The translations under genes were made by a program, and so were the position numbers. The notes beneath the pieces are model-generated. The model saw nothing but the letters and a program-made list of their open reading frames with translations. It ran no database searches and had not been told where the DNA came from. Shown here piece after piece: positions 28,399 through 38,411 of a stretch of 64,000 nucleotides of DNA. The stretch's first letter is position 1. Each line of letters opens with the position of its first letter. This DNA comes from a virus (Duplodnaviria > Caudoviricetes): positions 32,001 through 96,000 of the IMG/VR virus record IMGVR_UViG_3300032243_000867; one strand, written 5' to 3'.

Positions 28399-29622
28399 AT
28401 GGCCCCAAAGAAAACCGCCGCCCCCGCCCCCAAGGTGTCCGCCCTCACCCGCGCCCGTACGGCGATCACCACCGTCCTGAAAGAAGACCACGTCGTCCCC
28501 CTGTCCGAAGACCTCCTCAAGCAGTCCACCCCGCACATCCCCACGGGCTCGATCATCGTGGACTACGCCATCGGCGGGAAGGTCAACAAGTACGGGATCG
28601 CCCCGTGCCCCGGCATCCCCCGTGGGCGCATCACTCAGCTCTACGGGCAGAACAGCGCCGGGAAGACCACCCTCGCCCTGACCATTGCCGCCAGCGTGTG
28701 CGCGGCGGGGGGGACGGTCGCGTACATCGACTGGGAACACGAGGTCGAGCCCCGCTACGCCAGCACCCTTGGCGTGCCCATCGGCGACGAATCTCGCTTC
28801 ATCCTCATGCAGCCCAACACGCTGGAGGAAGGGATGAAGGCGATGGCCGTGTTCATCTCCGAAGGCGTGGACCTCGTGGTTCTCGACTCGGTGGGGGCGG
28901 GCAAGCCCGAGGTTCAGGTGAACCGGGACGTGAGCGAAATCGGTGACCAGACCCGTGTGGGCATCATCGCCCAGAAGTGGTCTGAGTTCCTTCCTACAGT
29001 GAAGTCGATGATCTCGAAGTCGGGCACGACCATCCTCGCCATCTCGCAGCTTCGCAAGACCATCTCGGCCATGACGGGCGGGCCGGATAGCGCCCCGCAG
29101 GGCGGCGAGGCGTGGAAGTTCTACACCAGCGTCCGTATGTCGCTGCGCGTGATGCAGAAGGAGAAGGCCCGCCAGTTCGACGCCCTCACGGGCAAGCTGG
29201 AGGAGAAGGTGGTGGGAACCATCGTCGTCCTCAAGCTCGACAAGTGCAAGGTCAGCGACTCGGTGAACAACGAGTTCAAGTTCTACCTCAAGTCGGGCTA
29301 CGGCATCGACAACACCCGCTCGGTTCTCGACCTCGCCATCGCGTACAAGATCGTGAACAAGTCCGGGGCGTGGCTCCTGTGGGGCAACAGTCCCAAGGGC
29401 GAAATCAAGGTGCAGGGCACCGACGCAATGCTCAAGGCGCTGAACGAGGACCCGAAACTTCTCACCGCCCTCTTCTCACAGGTCACCCCGAAGCTCATGC
29501 AGACTCCCGCCACGCCCGCGGAGACGGAAACAGAAGAGGCTTCATCGGATGATCTGGATGAGATTCTTTCCGCCGTTCCCGGCGTAAAGTCGGCGGTCGC
29601 AGCCGTCGAAGACGAAGGCTGA
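28399..29622 (+). CDS. recA: RecA recombinase
   Basis: GQNSAGKTT, YIDWEH, VVLDSV, ISQLR, GGEAWKFYTSVR. Confidence 0.92.
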   Translation: MAPKKTAAPAPKVSALTRARTAITTVLKEDHVVPLSEDLLKQSTPHIPTGSIIVDYAIGGKVNKYGIAPCPGIPRGRITQLYGQNSAGKTTLALTIAASVCAAGGTVAYIDWEHEVEPRYASTLGVPIGDESRFILMQPNTLEEGMKAMAVFISEGVDLVVLDSVGAGKPEVQVNRDVSEIGDQTRVGIIAQKWSEFLPTVKSMISKSGTTILAISQLRKTISAMTGGPDSAPQGGEAWKFYTSVRMSLRVMQKEKARQFDALTGKLEEKVVGTIVVLKLDKCKVSDSVNNEFKFYLKSGYGIDNTRSVLDLAIAYKIVNKSGAWLLWGNSPKGEIKVQGTDAMLKALNEDPKLLTALFSQVTPKLMQTPATPAETETEEASSDDLDEILSAVPGVKSAVAAVEDEG

Positions 29623-29635
29623 CCGGGAGCCCCGA

Positions 29636-30832
29636 ATGACGGTCAAGATTCGAGTCCGAGATTACCAGTCCATCGAGGATGCGGAGATCGAAGTCTCGGG
29701 TCTGACCGTCATCACGGGTGCGAACAACACCGGAAAGTCCGCCATGCTCCGGGCCGTCTACGGGGCGTTCACCAACGCGCGCGGCACCAAGTACGTCCGC
29801 CACGGGAAAGATCAGTGCGCCGTCACCGTCACGTTCGGTGACGGGCGCACGGTCACATGGGAGAAGGGCGAGAAGGTCAACCGCTACACCGTGGACGGGA
29901 AGGTTCTCGACAAGGTGGGCGCGGGCGTCCCCGTCGAGGTGGAAGCCCTCGGGGTGGTCCAGATCACGGCAGCGGGCCGGGAGCTCTGGCCGCAGTTCGC
30001 CCAGCAGTTCACCGGGCAGGTGTTCCTTCTCGACCAGCCGGGGTCGGTGCTCGCGGAGTCTATCGCGGATGTGTCCCGCGTTGGGGTGCTGAACGAGGCC
30101 CTGCGGAACACCCAGTCCGACAAACGATCCCTCTCCTCGGAACTCAAGGTGCGACTCGGTGACGTGTCCAGGTACGAGGCGCAAGAAGCCTTTTTCACGG
30201 GTCTGGACGCCGTGGAAGCCCTCGCCCAAGAGGCTGAAGACCTGAAGTCTTCTTGCGACGACCTGTCATCGGAGCGTAGCGACCTCGGACTTCTTCGGGA
30301 CGCCCTGTCCTCCTACGAGTCTCTCGTTTTGGGGCTTCTACCAGTTCGGAACCTCGCCCTTCCGGGCGACGGTTCGGAAGTACGCGAGGGGCTAACCGAG
30401 CTAGCATCACTGAGGGAGCTCTCTGAAGAGCTCTCGGGGGCCGTCGCCGCTCGCGAGGCCCTTTCCCCCGTATCCTCTCTCATCATCCCCAGCGAGGCCG
30501 ATACGGCGCGGGCAGCGAAGGTTCTAGAAGCCCTCTCGCTGGTCCGGGGGATGCGGGATCAGAGGACCCCGTTGCTGGGGATTCTCGGGGACTCGGAGGG
30601 GATCAGGGCTTCCGCATCGTCTTCTTTTCCCGAAGCCGTGGACCTTCTGGAACAAGCGAAACAGGCGGAAGCCTATCGTCAGATTCAGAAGGAGTTGTCC
30701 TCCCGCGACACCGCCCTCGCGGACCTCCGTCGGGAACTCGGGGAAACCTCCGGGGCTCTGGACCTAGCCTCCCACGAAGTTCAGGAGATCATCGGGGACG
30801 CGGGTAGCTGCCCTATATGCGGTCACCCCTAG
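29636..30832 (+). CDS. sbcC: SbcC/Rad50 N-terminal half (Walker A, coiled coil, zinc hook)
   Basis: TGANNTGKS Walker A, Q-loop FAQQ; ends at CPICGHP-stop with no Walker B. Confidence 0.8.
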   Translation: MTVKIRVRDYQSIEDAEIEVSGLTVITGANNTGKSAMLRAVYGAFTNARGTKYVRHGKDQCAVTVTFGDGRTVTWEKGEKVNRYTVDGKVLDKVGAGVPVEVEALGVVQITAAGRELWPQFAQQFTGQVFLLDQPGSVLAESIADVSRVGVLNEALRNTQSDKRSLSSELKVRLGDVSRYEAQEAFFTGLDAVEALAQEAEDLKSSCDDLSSERSDLGLLRDALSSYESLVLGLLPVRNLALPGDGSEVREGLTELASLRELSEELSGAVAAREALSPVSSLIIPSEADTARAAKVLEALSLVRGMRDQRTPLLGILGDSEGIRASASSSFPEAVDLLEQAKQAEAYRQIQKELSSRDTALADLRRELGETSGALDLASHEVQEIIGDAGSCPICGHP

Positions 30833-30843
30833 AGGTGCCCGCT

Positions 30844-31110
30844 ATGCGAAGGCTGTTTCCGCTGTTCGTGTTCTTGACCCTCGTCTCGTCGTGCAAGTGC
30901 CGACAGACGGGCGTCGTCTACCCCACCAACGCTTGCACCAACGGCTCTACCACCTGCATCGGTGGCCACCCCTACGCCTGTGGGGGAGGGGTGTGGCGTC
31001 CGGTGGGAGACGTGCGCTGCACGCAAGTGTGCTGCCCCAGCGCCGAGACGGGCGTTCATGCGTGCCTTCCGCAAGACCGCTGCGCCGCCACCTCGTCGGG
31101 AGGTAACTGA
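30844..31110 (+). CDS. Cys-rich secreted or lipoprotein
   Basis: Signal MRRLFPLFVFLTLVSSC followed by multiple Cys. Confidence 0.65.
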   Translation: MRRLFPLFVFLTLVSSCKCRQTGVVYPTNACTNGSTTCIGGHPYACGGGVWRPVGDVRCTQVCCPSAETGVHACLPQDRCAATSSGGN

Positions 31111-31112
31111 TC

Positions 31113-31715
31113 ATGAGCGACCTAGCTACCGCCGCACAGGCCCTTCAGGCTCACCTCGCCGCCCAGTTCGGTCTCACTGTCCACGACAAGGAAACATCGA
31201 CGCTGATGAAGGCCATCGCGTTCGGGATGGACGTGGGATCGGCGTTCTCGTCCGGGCTTCCCAAGGGGGGTGACTTCATGACCCGGTTCGCGACGACCGC
31301 GGGGAAGGACGTGTTCCTCCCTCAGTCCATCCGGGACAACCCCCTGTCGGTGCTGGAAGTGGTCACGCACGAAGCCCAGCACGTCGTGCAGTTCGACGCC
31401 ACGAATGTCGAGTTCGCGTGGTTCTACCTGACGGATGCGTCGGCGCGTGCGCAGTTCGAGGCCGACGCCTACGCCAGCGGGATCGCCGTGCGGTGCTGGC
31501 TCACGGGCGAGAAGCCCGAGGGCAACATCTCGTGGGTGCTGGAGTCGCTGGTGAAGGGCTACCACCTTCGCCCGGAGGACAAGACCTACGCGGAGGCCGC
31601 GCTGAAGTCCCACGTCGCCAGCCTCAACTCGGGTATCTACATGACCCGTTCGGCCCGCACGGCCATCGAGTTCCTCTCGCAGAACTTCCCCGACCTCAAG
31701 GGTGCCATTCGATGA
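31113..31715 (+). CDS. HExxH zinc metallopeptidase-like protein
   Basis: VVTHEAQH followed by FEADAY. Confidence 0.55.
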   Translation: MSDLATAAQALQAHLAAQFGLTVHDKETSTLMKAIAFGMDVGSAFSSGLPKGGDFMTRFATTAGKDVFLPQSIRDNPLSVLEVVTHEAQHVVQFDATNVEFAWFYLTDASARAQFEADAYASGIAVRCWLTGEKPEGNISWVLESLVKGYHLRPEDKTYAEAALKSHVASLNSGIYMTRSARTAIEFLSQNFPDLKGAIR

Positions 31716-32602
31716 CTACCACTATCCGCAAGCTCGGTCGCAAGCGTCCCGTTGCCCACGCCCCCGTCCTCCGTCTGTCCCGGTACATGGCGGCTCTGCC
31801 CGCCCCCCCGGCGTCGGTGGACTACGCCCACGCCGCTGCCACGGCGCTCTCCAAGATGTACCTCAACGATCAACTGGGCGACTGCGTGATCGCGGGCATG
31901 GCCCACTTGGTCGGTCTGTTCACGGGCAACGCGGGACAGACCCCGGTGACCTTCACGGACGCCCAGATCACGGCGCTCTATTCGGCCATCGGCGGCTACG
32001 TCCCGGGTGACGCCTCCACGGACGGTGGGTGCAACGAGCAGGACGCCCTCAACTACTGGAAGCAGCACGGCGCACCCAATGGTTCGCACCAGATCGCCGG
32101 GTGGCTCGCCGTGAACCCCGCTGACGTGAACGAGGTCAAGACGGCCCTTTGGCTCTTCGAGAACCTCGTGTTCGGCATCGAACTCCCCGACGCATGGCTG
32201 AACGTCAACGCCTCGGGCTTCGTGTGGGATGCAGGTGCGCCCAACCCCAACAACGGCCATTGTGTCGTCGGATGTGGCTACAACGCGCAGGGAATCCAAG
32301 TCTCGACGTGGGGCATGGTCGGAACGATGACGTGGGCGGCACTTGCCCGTGACGTGATCGCACAGTCGGGCGGCGAGCTCTACTGCGTGATCTCGCAGGA
32401 CTGCCTCAACCGGGCTACCACCAAGACCCCGGCGGGTCTGAACTGGTCGCAACTCGTCGCGGACTTCAACGCCATCGGCGGGAACATTCCGGCACCGGCT
32501 CCCGTCCCGCCCGCCCCCCCAGCCCCCGTGGCTGCACCGACCAAGGCGCAAGTTCTCGCAGCGGTGACCGCCGCCGTCAACAACTTGAAGTGGCCGACGT
32601 GA
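31712..32602 (+). CDS. papain-like (C1-type) cysteine peptidase
   Basis: NDQLGDCVIAG, GHCVVGCGY and STWG; Pro/Ala linker at the C-terminus. Confidence 0.7.
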   Translation: MTTTIRKLGRKRPVAHAPVLRLSRYMAALPAPPASVDYAHAAATALSKMYLNDQLGDCVIAGMAHLVGLFTGNAGQTPVTFTDAQITALYSAIGGYVPGDASTDGGCNEQDALNYWKQHGAPNGSHQIAGWLAVNPADVNEVKTALWLFENLVFGIELPDAWLNVNASGFVWDAGAPNPNNGHCVVGCGYNAQGIQVSTWGMVGTMTWAALARDVIAQSGGELYCVISQDCLNRATTKTPAGLNWSQLVADFNAIGGNIPAPAPVPPAPPAPVAAPTKAQVLAAVTAAVNNLKWPT

Positions 32603-32630
32603 ACCCCGCTTCGCGGGCGTAACGTCCACC

Positions 32631-33623
32631 ATGCCCGTCACCCTCGTCTGGAGGACCGACGTTCACCTGTCGGACCACACGCCCCGCTCCCGCACCGACA
32701 ACTGGACTGACACGGTTCTCCGCAAGCTCGCGGCGGTAGGTGAGATCGCCCGCAACGTGGGTGCGAACGCCGTGATCGACGGCGGAGACTTCTTCGACAT
32801 CAAGGCACCGGGCCGGAACTCGCACGCGCTGATTCGTCGCGCCATCGAGGTCCACCGTGACTACCCCTGCCCGGTGTACGCGAACGTCGGCAACCACGAC
32901 TGCGTGTACGGGGACTACAGCTACCTCCCGCAGCAACCCTTGGGAGTGCTGTACGAAGCGGGTACGTTCCGCCGCCTGTACGACGAACACGAAGCCGTCT
33001 TCAGTTCCACCGAGGCCCTACGGGTGCCTTTGAAGGTTCGGGTGGTGGGGGTGCCCTATCACGGCACCCAGTACGACCTCGACCGCCTCGCCCGTATCAA
33101 GAAAGGCGACGAGGACTACCTGATGGTGGTGGGGCACCTGCTCGCCAGCCCGAAGCAATCCACCATGTTCGACGCCGAGGACGTGATTCGGTACGACGTT
33201 CTGGATCAGTACCCGGACGTGGACGTATGGGCGTTCGGTCACTGGCACATGGACCAGGGAATCGAACGCACACCCGGCGGCAAACTGGTGGTCAACACGG
33301 GAAGCCTCACTCGGGGGGCTCTCTCCCAAGACTCCCTCGACCGTATCCCCACGGTCACCGCTCTGCGATTCGGCCTTGAGGGTGTCACGGCTACGAAGGT
33401 GGTGGTCCCACACGCCCCAGCGAGCGAGGTATTCGACCTCGTAGCCAAGGACAAGGACGCGATCCGGCAGACAATGATCGAGGAGTTCGTCGATCACCTG
33501 TCGCAGACGTTCTCCCCGTCCACCCAGAAACCCCTCACCGATGCCGTGCGGGATATCCCCGGTGTGCCCGATGCCGTGCGCGAGCGGACCCTCAACTACA
33601 TCGAAAAAGCGGGCGGGCGGTAG
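32631..33623 (+). CDS. sbcD: SbcD/Mre11-like nuclease
   Basis: TDVHL, GGDFFD, VGNHD, FGHWH; near the sbcC halves. Confidence 0.85.
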   Translation: MPVTLVWRTDVHLSDHTPRSRTDNWTDTVLRKLAAVGEIARNVGANAVIDGGDFFDIKAPGRNSHALIRRAIEVHRDYPCPVYANVGNHDCVYGDYSYLPQQPLGVLYEAGTFRRLYDEHEAVFSSTEALRVPLKVRVVGVPYHGTQYDLDRLARIKKGDEDYLMVVGHLLASPKQSTMFDAEDVIRYDVLDQYPDVDVWAFGHWHMDQGIERTPGGKLVVNTGSLTRGALSQDSLDRIPTVTALRFGLEGVTATKVVVPHAPASEVFDLVAKDKDAIRQTMIEEFVDHLSQTFSPSTQKPLTDAVRDIPGVPDAVRERTLNYIEKAGGR

Positions 33624-33635
33624 AGTGCCGATACC

Positions 33636-34610
33636 GTGAGCCGTACCTTTTATCTGTATTGGAGCAACATCGAAGCCTATGAGGCTTGCCCTCGTTCCTT
33701 TCTCTGGGGGCACGGGTGGGGGGCGATTGACCTTGGTCGGGGGCCGGGTCGGTCGAAGGCGAAACCCGTGCGGGACAGCAAGCACCATGCGGTCATGGGC
33801 ATTGTGCTCGCTCGCGCCATCGAGCACCTCTACAACGACGAGCTCTGGCGAGAGCCCGCGGCGCTCTCTCAGAATCTCACGGACCTCGTGACCCGCGAGT
33901 TCACGTTCGCCCTGAACGAGAACTACATCGACTGGAACGAGGCTCCGCCGAAGTCCGAGATGCTCGACGTGTGCGTCAAAGGTGCGCTGGGCTACCTCAA
34001 AACGATGAAGGCCAACAAGCTGCTGGGCCCCTACGCCAAGAGCGAGGTGGACCTGACCGCATGGGTGGATCAGTACACGCCCGTGGGCGGGCGTCCCGAC
34101 GTGATCATCCGCCGCGAGGACTCTGGGGTCACGATCCTCGACGGGAAGAACGCCCTGACTCCCGGCAAGTACACGAACCCGGACCAGCTTCGGTGGTACG
34201 CCCTCTGCTTCTACCTCGCGTACAACGTGCTGCCGTCCCGTCTGGCCTTCGCGTACTTCCGTTACCCCGAGGGGACACCTCCCAAGGATCACCCCGAGGG
34301 CACCCCGTGGACGGGGTTGGTGGAGGTTCCCTTCGACCGGGAGGACCTCAAAACGCTGGGGGTTCGCGCCAAGGAGACTCACCGCGCGATGCAAAAGGAG
34401 CTCTTCGACCCGGTGCCGTCGTCGAAGAACTGCCGTTTTTGTGACTACAAAACCGTGTGCGACGCCGCTCACCAACCCACGCCGCGAAAGCCCAAGGCCC
34501 TTCCCGTGGTCACCGAGGGCACGGTAGAGCACGCGATCTCAACTTCTGACGGGATCGTTGAGTTCGGGTTCGGGAACGAGTCGGTCGCGGGCGTAAAAGT
34601 GAAACCATGA
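33636..34610 (+). CDS. PD-(D/E)xK nuclease, Cas4/AddB-like with Fe-S cysteines
   Basis: ACPR, GRPD..ILDGK, QLRWY, CRFCDYKTVC. Confidence 0.8.
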   Translation: MSRTFYLYWSNIEAYEACPRSFLWGHGWGAIDLGRGPGRSKAKPVRDSKHHAVMGIVLARAIEHLYNDELWREPAALSQNLTDLVTREFTFALNENYIDWNEAPPKSEMLDVCVKGALGYLKTMKANKLLGPYAKSEVDLTAWVDQYTPVGGRPDVIIRREDSGVTILDGKNALTPGKYTNPDQLRWYALCFYLAYNVLPSRLAFAYFRYPEGTPPKDHPEGTPWTGLVEVPFDREDLKTLGVRAKETHRAMQKELFDPVPSSKNCRFCDYKTVCDAAHQPTPRKPKALPVVTEGTVEHAISTSDGIVEFGFGNESVAGVKVKP

Positions 34611-34879
34611 GCTCAGACCTAAAGACTCGCCTCGACGCGGCGGTCAAGAGGCGTGACGACCTCACCGCGAAGCGGCAGAGGTTGCTGGGCCGTCTCGAAG
34701 AGGCGGAACGAACCGCCGAGGAACTTCGGGCGAAGTGCCGCGCGAAGGGGATTGACCCGGACAACCTTGAGAGCGTAATCGCCAAACTGGAAACCGCTCT
34801 GGAGAAGTCCCTCCTCGACTTAGAAGCCAAGCTAACTGACGCCGAGAAATCCCTCGAACCCTATCTCAACAGGAAGTAA
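34607..34879 (+). CDS. small coiled-coil protein
   Basis: 90 aa of heptad repeats; GGGCGTAA 10 nt upstream. Confidence 0.65.
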   Translation: MSSDLKTRLDAAVKRRDDLTAKRQRLLGRLEEAERTAEELRAKCRAKGIDPDNLESVIAKLETALEKSLLDLEAKLTDAEKSLEPYLNRK

Positions 34880-34882
34880 CCC

Positions 34883-36001
34883 GTGAACATCAACAGCACT
34901 GACCTCGAAATCGCCCTGAAGGTTGTCCGCGTCACCGTGGGAACCTCCAGCGACATCGCTTCCCACTACGTCTTCCGTTCGCGCGGGGGAAAGCTGGAGG
35001 TTCTCTCTTACGACGGGCGCACGTTCTCTTCGTGCTTCGTCCCCAACACGACGACGACCGAGGAGCTCTCTTTCACGGTGGAGGCGCGGCGTATTCACGT
35101 TCTCCTCGACAACGTCGGCGCGAACCAGCCCCTCGAACTCTCCTACTCGGAGGGCGGGGAGGTCACCGTCAAGGCTTCGCGCGGCAAGGTGACGTTCTCT
35201 TCTCTCGACCCGTCGCTGTTCCCGTACTGGGATGACGTTCTGACGGGTGCGGCGTCTACCGCGACGGTGGGGGCGGACCGCCTTCATTCCGCGCTCTCGA
35301 ACGCTCGGCAGTTCATCTACGACCAGGAGTCCAAGAACCCGGCTCTCTGCGTCGCGGAGTTCCGCAACGGGGTGCTTCACTCCACCGACCAGATGGCCGT
35401 CTCCCTCGTGAAGATGCCGGGGATGGAGGCGTGCAAGCTCCGCGTGTTCGTGAAGGATCTTCCCAACGTGCTCTCCTTCCTCGTTACGGCGAAGGGGGAA
35501 GATGTCGAGATTCTGGAGTCCGACCGGGCGAGCTTCCTCCGCCGCCCGTCGGGCGCGGTGTTCGGTGAGGCGGTGTTCGCGCACCGGTTTCCCGACATCA
35601 ACGTGGACTGGGCCCTGGAGGATGACCAGTCATGGGACATCTTCCAAGAGGAGCTCCTCGCGGGCATCGGGTTCCTTCAGTCGGGCGCGAAGCTCGACGA
35701 GCCCCGCGTCCGTTTCCAGCGCGACGAGAATCGGGTGAATCTCTCGATGACCTCGGTCAGCGGGAAGGCCCTTCCCCTCACCATCCCCCTCGTCGAGTTC
35801 AAGCAGAAGGAGGGGGGCGTAACGGAGATGCCGGTGTTCGCCGTCACCGATGCCTACGTCTCCAAGATTCTCAACGGCAACGGCAACACCAAGGTCCGCC
35901 TCGGCGTTTCCAAGAAGGGCGCTGGCGGCTGGGTGCGCGTTCGGGACGACCGCGGCCCCGATACCTACCTCACCACGGTCGCATGGTTGAAGAACGCCTG
36001 A
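34883..36001 (+). CDS. dnaN: DNA polymerase III beta sliding clamp-like protein
   Basis: 372 aa; LEVLSYDG, STDQM and FPD repeats in a three-domain clamp pattern. Confidence 0.7.
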   Translation: MNINSTDLEIALKVVRVTVGTSSDIASHYVFRSRGGKLEVLSYDGRTFSSCFVPNTTTTEELSFTVEARRIHVLLDNVGANQPLELSYSEGGEVTVKASRGKVTFSSLDPSLFPYWDDVLTGAASTATVGADRLHSALSNARQFIYDQESKNPALCVAEFRNGVLHSTDQMAVSLVKMPGMEACKLRVFVKDLPNVLSFLVTAKGEDVEILESDRASFLRRPSGAVFGEAVFAHRFPDINVDWALEDDQSWDIFQEELLAGIGFLQSGAKLDEPRVRFQRDENRVNLSMTSVSGKALPLTIPLVEFKQKEGGVTEMPVFAVTDAYVSKILNGNGNTKVRLGVSKKGAGGWVRVRDDRGPDTYLTTVAWLKNA

Positions 36002-36618
36002 AGTCCCTCAACAACTCGCTGCGTATCGCGCAGGGTCGCCGTGAAGAAGTACGGCTCTCCCTGAGCGATGCGCGCGGGTCTGTTACCCGCCTCGAAAACG
36101 AATCCCAACTCCTGGATCACGTCGCGGTCTTACTTCACACCCTCATCGACGGGGAAATCACCGAGGGCGTCAAGGCCATCGAGTCCCTTCAATCCGAAGG
36201 GGTGCGTGCGGTGTTCAACGACCAAGACATCACGGTGCGGGCCGACGTAGAGGTATCTCGCGGAAAGGTGAACGTCTCCCTCGTCACCTCCCAGCGTAAG
36301 GAGAACGGCGACCTGATCGAAGGGCTTGCCCTCGACGGGTTCGGCGGTGCGGTCAGCACCGTGCAGAGTATTCTTCTGCGCCTCGCGATCATTTTCCGGC
36401 GCGGGTTGCGACCCGTGTTGTTTCTAGACGAGACACTCCCAGCCTTCGACGACCGCTACGTCCACGCGATGGCCGCGTTCCTCAAGACCCTTTGCAAGCG
36501 CATGGGTGTGGACATCCTGCTGGTGACGCACAACCCGGCGTTGGTAGATGCCGGGGACCGCGCGTACCGTATTCGGCGGGACAAGGGGTTCTGCACGTTC
36601 CACAGGATCACCCAATGA
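35983..36618 (+). CDS. sbcC: SbcC/Rad50 C-terminal half
   Basis: Coiled coil, then FGGAV signature, LFLDE Walker B and LVTH H-loop; no Walker A. Confidence 0.8.
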   Translation: MVEERLKSLNNSLRIAQGRREEVRLSLSDARGSVTRLENESQLLDHVAVLLHTLIDGEITEGVKAIESLQSEGVRAVFNDQDITVRADVEVSRGKVNVSLVTSQRKENGDLIEGLALDGFGGAVSTVQSILLRLAIIFRRGLRPVLFLDETLPAFDDRYVHAMAAFLKTLCKRMGVDILLVTHNPALVDAGDRAYRIRRDKGFCTFHRITQ

Positions 36619-37145
36619 AGACCGAAGGGCAGGTACGGCACAAGCTCCAGCAGGTGACCTACCGCCACATCCAGCGGGCCATTCGCACGGCCCTCTCCCG
36701 TCGCCCCGAGAATTGCGAGAACAACCGCCGCGTGAAGCTCCCGGTGTTGGGTTCCGAAGTTCGGTTCTGCACCGTGATCGAGGACGTGGACGGTGACTTC
36801 GTGCCGTGCGACGAACGGCACGGGGGTTTGGACCGTGCCGCCAAGTGCCCGCAGTTCGCGTGCGCTTCCACCAAGGAGTCCGTGAAGGCCGACTTCTCGG
36901 AATTCTTGAGTACGTCCGACGTGGCGACCATCGCCGCCCAGTACCCGGACATCGCCGCGCTTCTGTGGGCCCTCGATGACACCGCCCCGGTGCCCATCGA
37001 GGAGCCCCTAGCGCCGGAACCACCCCCTCCCCCCTACAACATCATCTACTTCACGGGGGGAGGGGCGATTTCCGTCCCCGCTGTGGGGCCGTTCACGGGT
37101 CACCGCGCCGTCACCTACAATGTCACGTTCGGAGCCGGGTCGTGA
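36615..37145 (+). CDS. hypothetical Cys-containing protein
   Basis: ATGA-coupled ORF. Confidence 0.55.
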   Translation: MKTEGQVRHKLQQVTYRHIQRAIRTALSRRPENCENNRRVKLPVLGSEVRFCTVIEDVDGDFVPCDERHGGLDRAAKCPQFACASTKESVKADFSEFLSTSDVATIAAQYPDIAALLWALDDTAPVPIEEPLAPEPPPPPYNIIYFTGGGAISVPAVGPFTGHRAVTYNVTFGAGS

Positions 37146-37663
37146 GTCTACTCCACGTCGTGTCCGTCCCGGCCCCCGGCAAGGGTGCCCCATTGTTCGT
37201 GGAGTTGCCCGTCCACCCGGACACGGCCCCGTACCTCGTCACCAGCAACAAGGGGATGTTGTGGATCGACAACAGCTTCAGCGGGAGCTTTGTCCGTTCC
37301 GCTGTCCTCCGTGAGCGATGGGGGGACTCCGTGGGTCACGTCACCTACGAGGCCATTGTGCGGTGCATCGTCCAGCGGGGTCGAGAACTCTCGTGGGGCA
37401 ACCAGTTCCCGGCGACGGCGGTAGGACTTCGTGGTGCCCGTGAGTACCTGAGGTCCTACGACTTGGTGGACTGCGATCTGCTGACCGGGAAGGGCGTGGC
37501 CTTGGGTGAGGGCATGGGGTGCCTTTGGGTTCCCGAGGGCTGTGCCGTGCTCGTGCCCCGCGACCGTTCGTACCTCGGCATCGTCGGGACGCTGGGCGAC
37601 GGGGCACACACGGTCATGGTCCACAACCCTTCCCGTGGCATGGCCGTGCTGGGCGCGTGGTGA
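37142..37663 (+). CDS. hypothetical protein
   Basis: GTGA-coupled ORF. Confidence 0.55.
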   Translation: MSLLHVVSVPAPGKGAPLFVELPVHPDTAPYLVTSNKGMLWIDNSFSGSFVRSAVLRERWGDSVGHVTYEAIVRCIVQRGRELSWGNQFPATAVGLRGAREYLRSYDLVDCDLLTGKGVALGEGMGCLWVPEGCAVLVPRDRSYLGIVGTLGDGAHTVMVHNPSRGMAVLGAW

Positions 37664-37680
37664 CGGGCGTAACGTCCCCC

Positions 37681-38403
37681 GTGAACTCCCCCATCGGTGA
37701 GTGGCTGGAAGCCCATCTCACCACCCTCTCCCTCTCCGAAGACTGCGAAGGCTACCTGCTGGGGCGAGGCGCGAGCCCCGACACCATCGAGCGGTTGGGC
37801 ATCCGCGAGTGGGAGCCAGCATCTACCCCCGCTCCCAGCGAGCACTTCACGTCCCGCTACGGTCGGCACGGCGAGAAGCTGACCGAGATGGTCACGATCC
37901 CCCTGCGTGGCCCCACGGGCACGCTCACGGGGATCGAAGCCCGTTCGTGGCACGAGAAGCGGGTGACGGACTTCCGGGTACCCGAGGCCGAGTGGAACCC
38001 CGTCGCTCTCGACCTACCGAGGGCGGCGGAAGCCATGTGGGCGGGCGGGTCCGTGTGGGTGGTCGAGGGCGTGTACGACCTGTGCGCCTTGGATTGGTGC
38101 ATCCCCAAGACCGACGCGGTGATCTCGACCCTGCGAGCGGGTCTGGGCAAAGACGTGCTGGAGTTTTTGGCCCGGTTCTGCACCAACACCGTGTACATGG
38201 TGTACGACAACGATGACACCGGGCGGCGGGCCACCCACGGCTGGAAAGACCCCGCCACGGGGAAGTACCGCCCCGGCGCTCTCGACCTCCTCAAGCGGGC
38301 TGGCGTGAGGGCGGTGGACTTCCGCTACCGGGGGAAAGACCCCGGTGAGGTGTGGCGAGCGGGCGGGCTGTCCAAGTTGCGGGAGACGTTCGGGCGGGCG
38401 TAA
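37681..38403 (+). CDS. dnaG: DNA primase, TOPRIM core (no zinc-binding domain)
   Basis: VVEGVYD, YDNDDTG and KDPGE; GTG 8 nt after GGGCGTAA. Confidence 0.8.
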   Translation: MNSPIGEWLEAHLTTLSLSEDCEGYLLGRGASPDTIERLGIREWEPASTPAPSEHFTSRYGRHGEKLTEMVTIPLRGPTGTLTGIEARSWHEKRVTDFRVPEAEWNPVALDLPRAAEAMWAGGSVWVVEGVYDLCALDWCIPKTDAVISTLRAGLGKDVLEFLARFCTNTVYMVYDNDDTGRRATHGWKDPATGKYRPGALDLLKRAGVRAVDFRYRGKDPGEVWRAGGLSKLRETFGRA

Positions 38404-38411
38404 CGTCCCGC

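Noticed and set aside
33636-34610. Cas4 as part of a CRISPR-Cas system
   Set aside because: No cas1, cas2 or array; solo Cas4-like nucleases are common in phage recombination modules.
35815-35822. GGGCGTAA inside dnaN as a leaderless promoter
   Set aside because: It lies about 160 nt before the next gene start; counted as a motif instance, but its function is unsupported.
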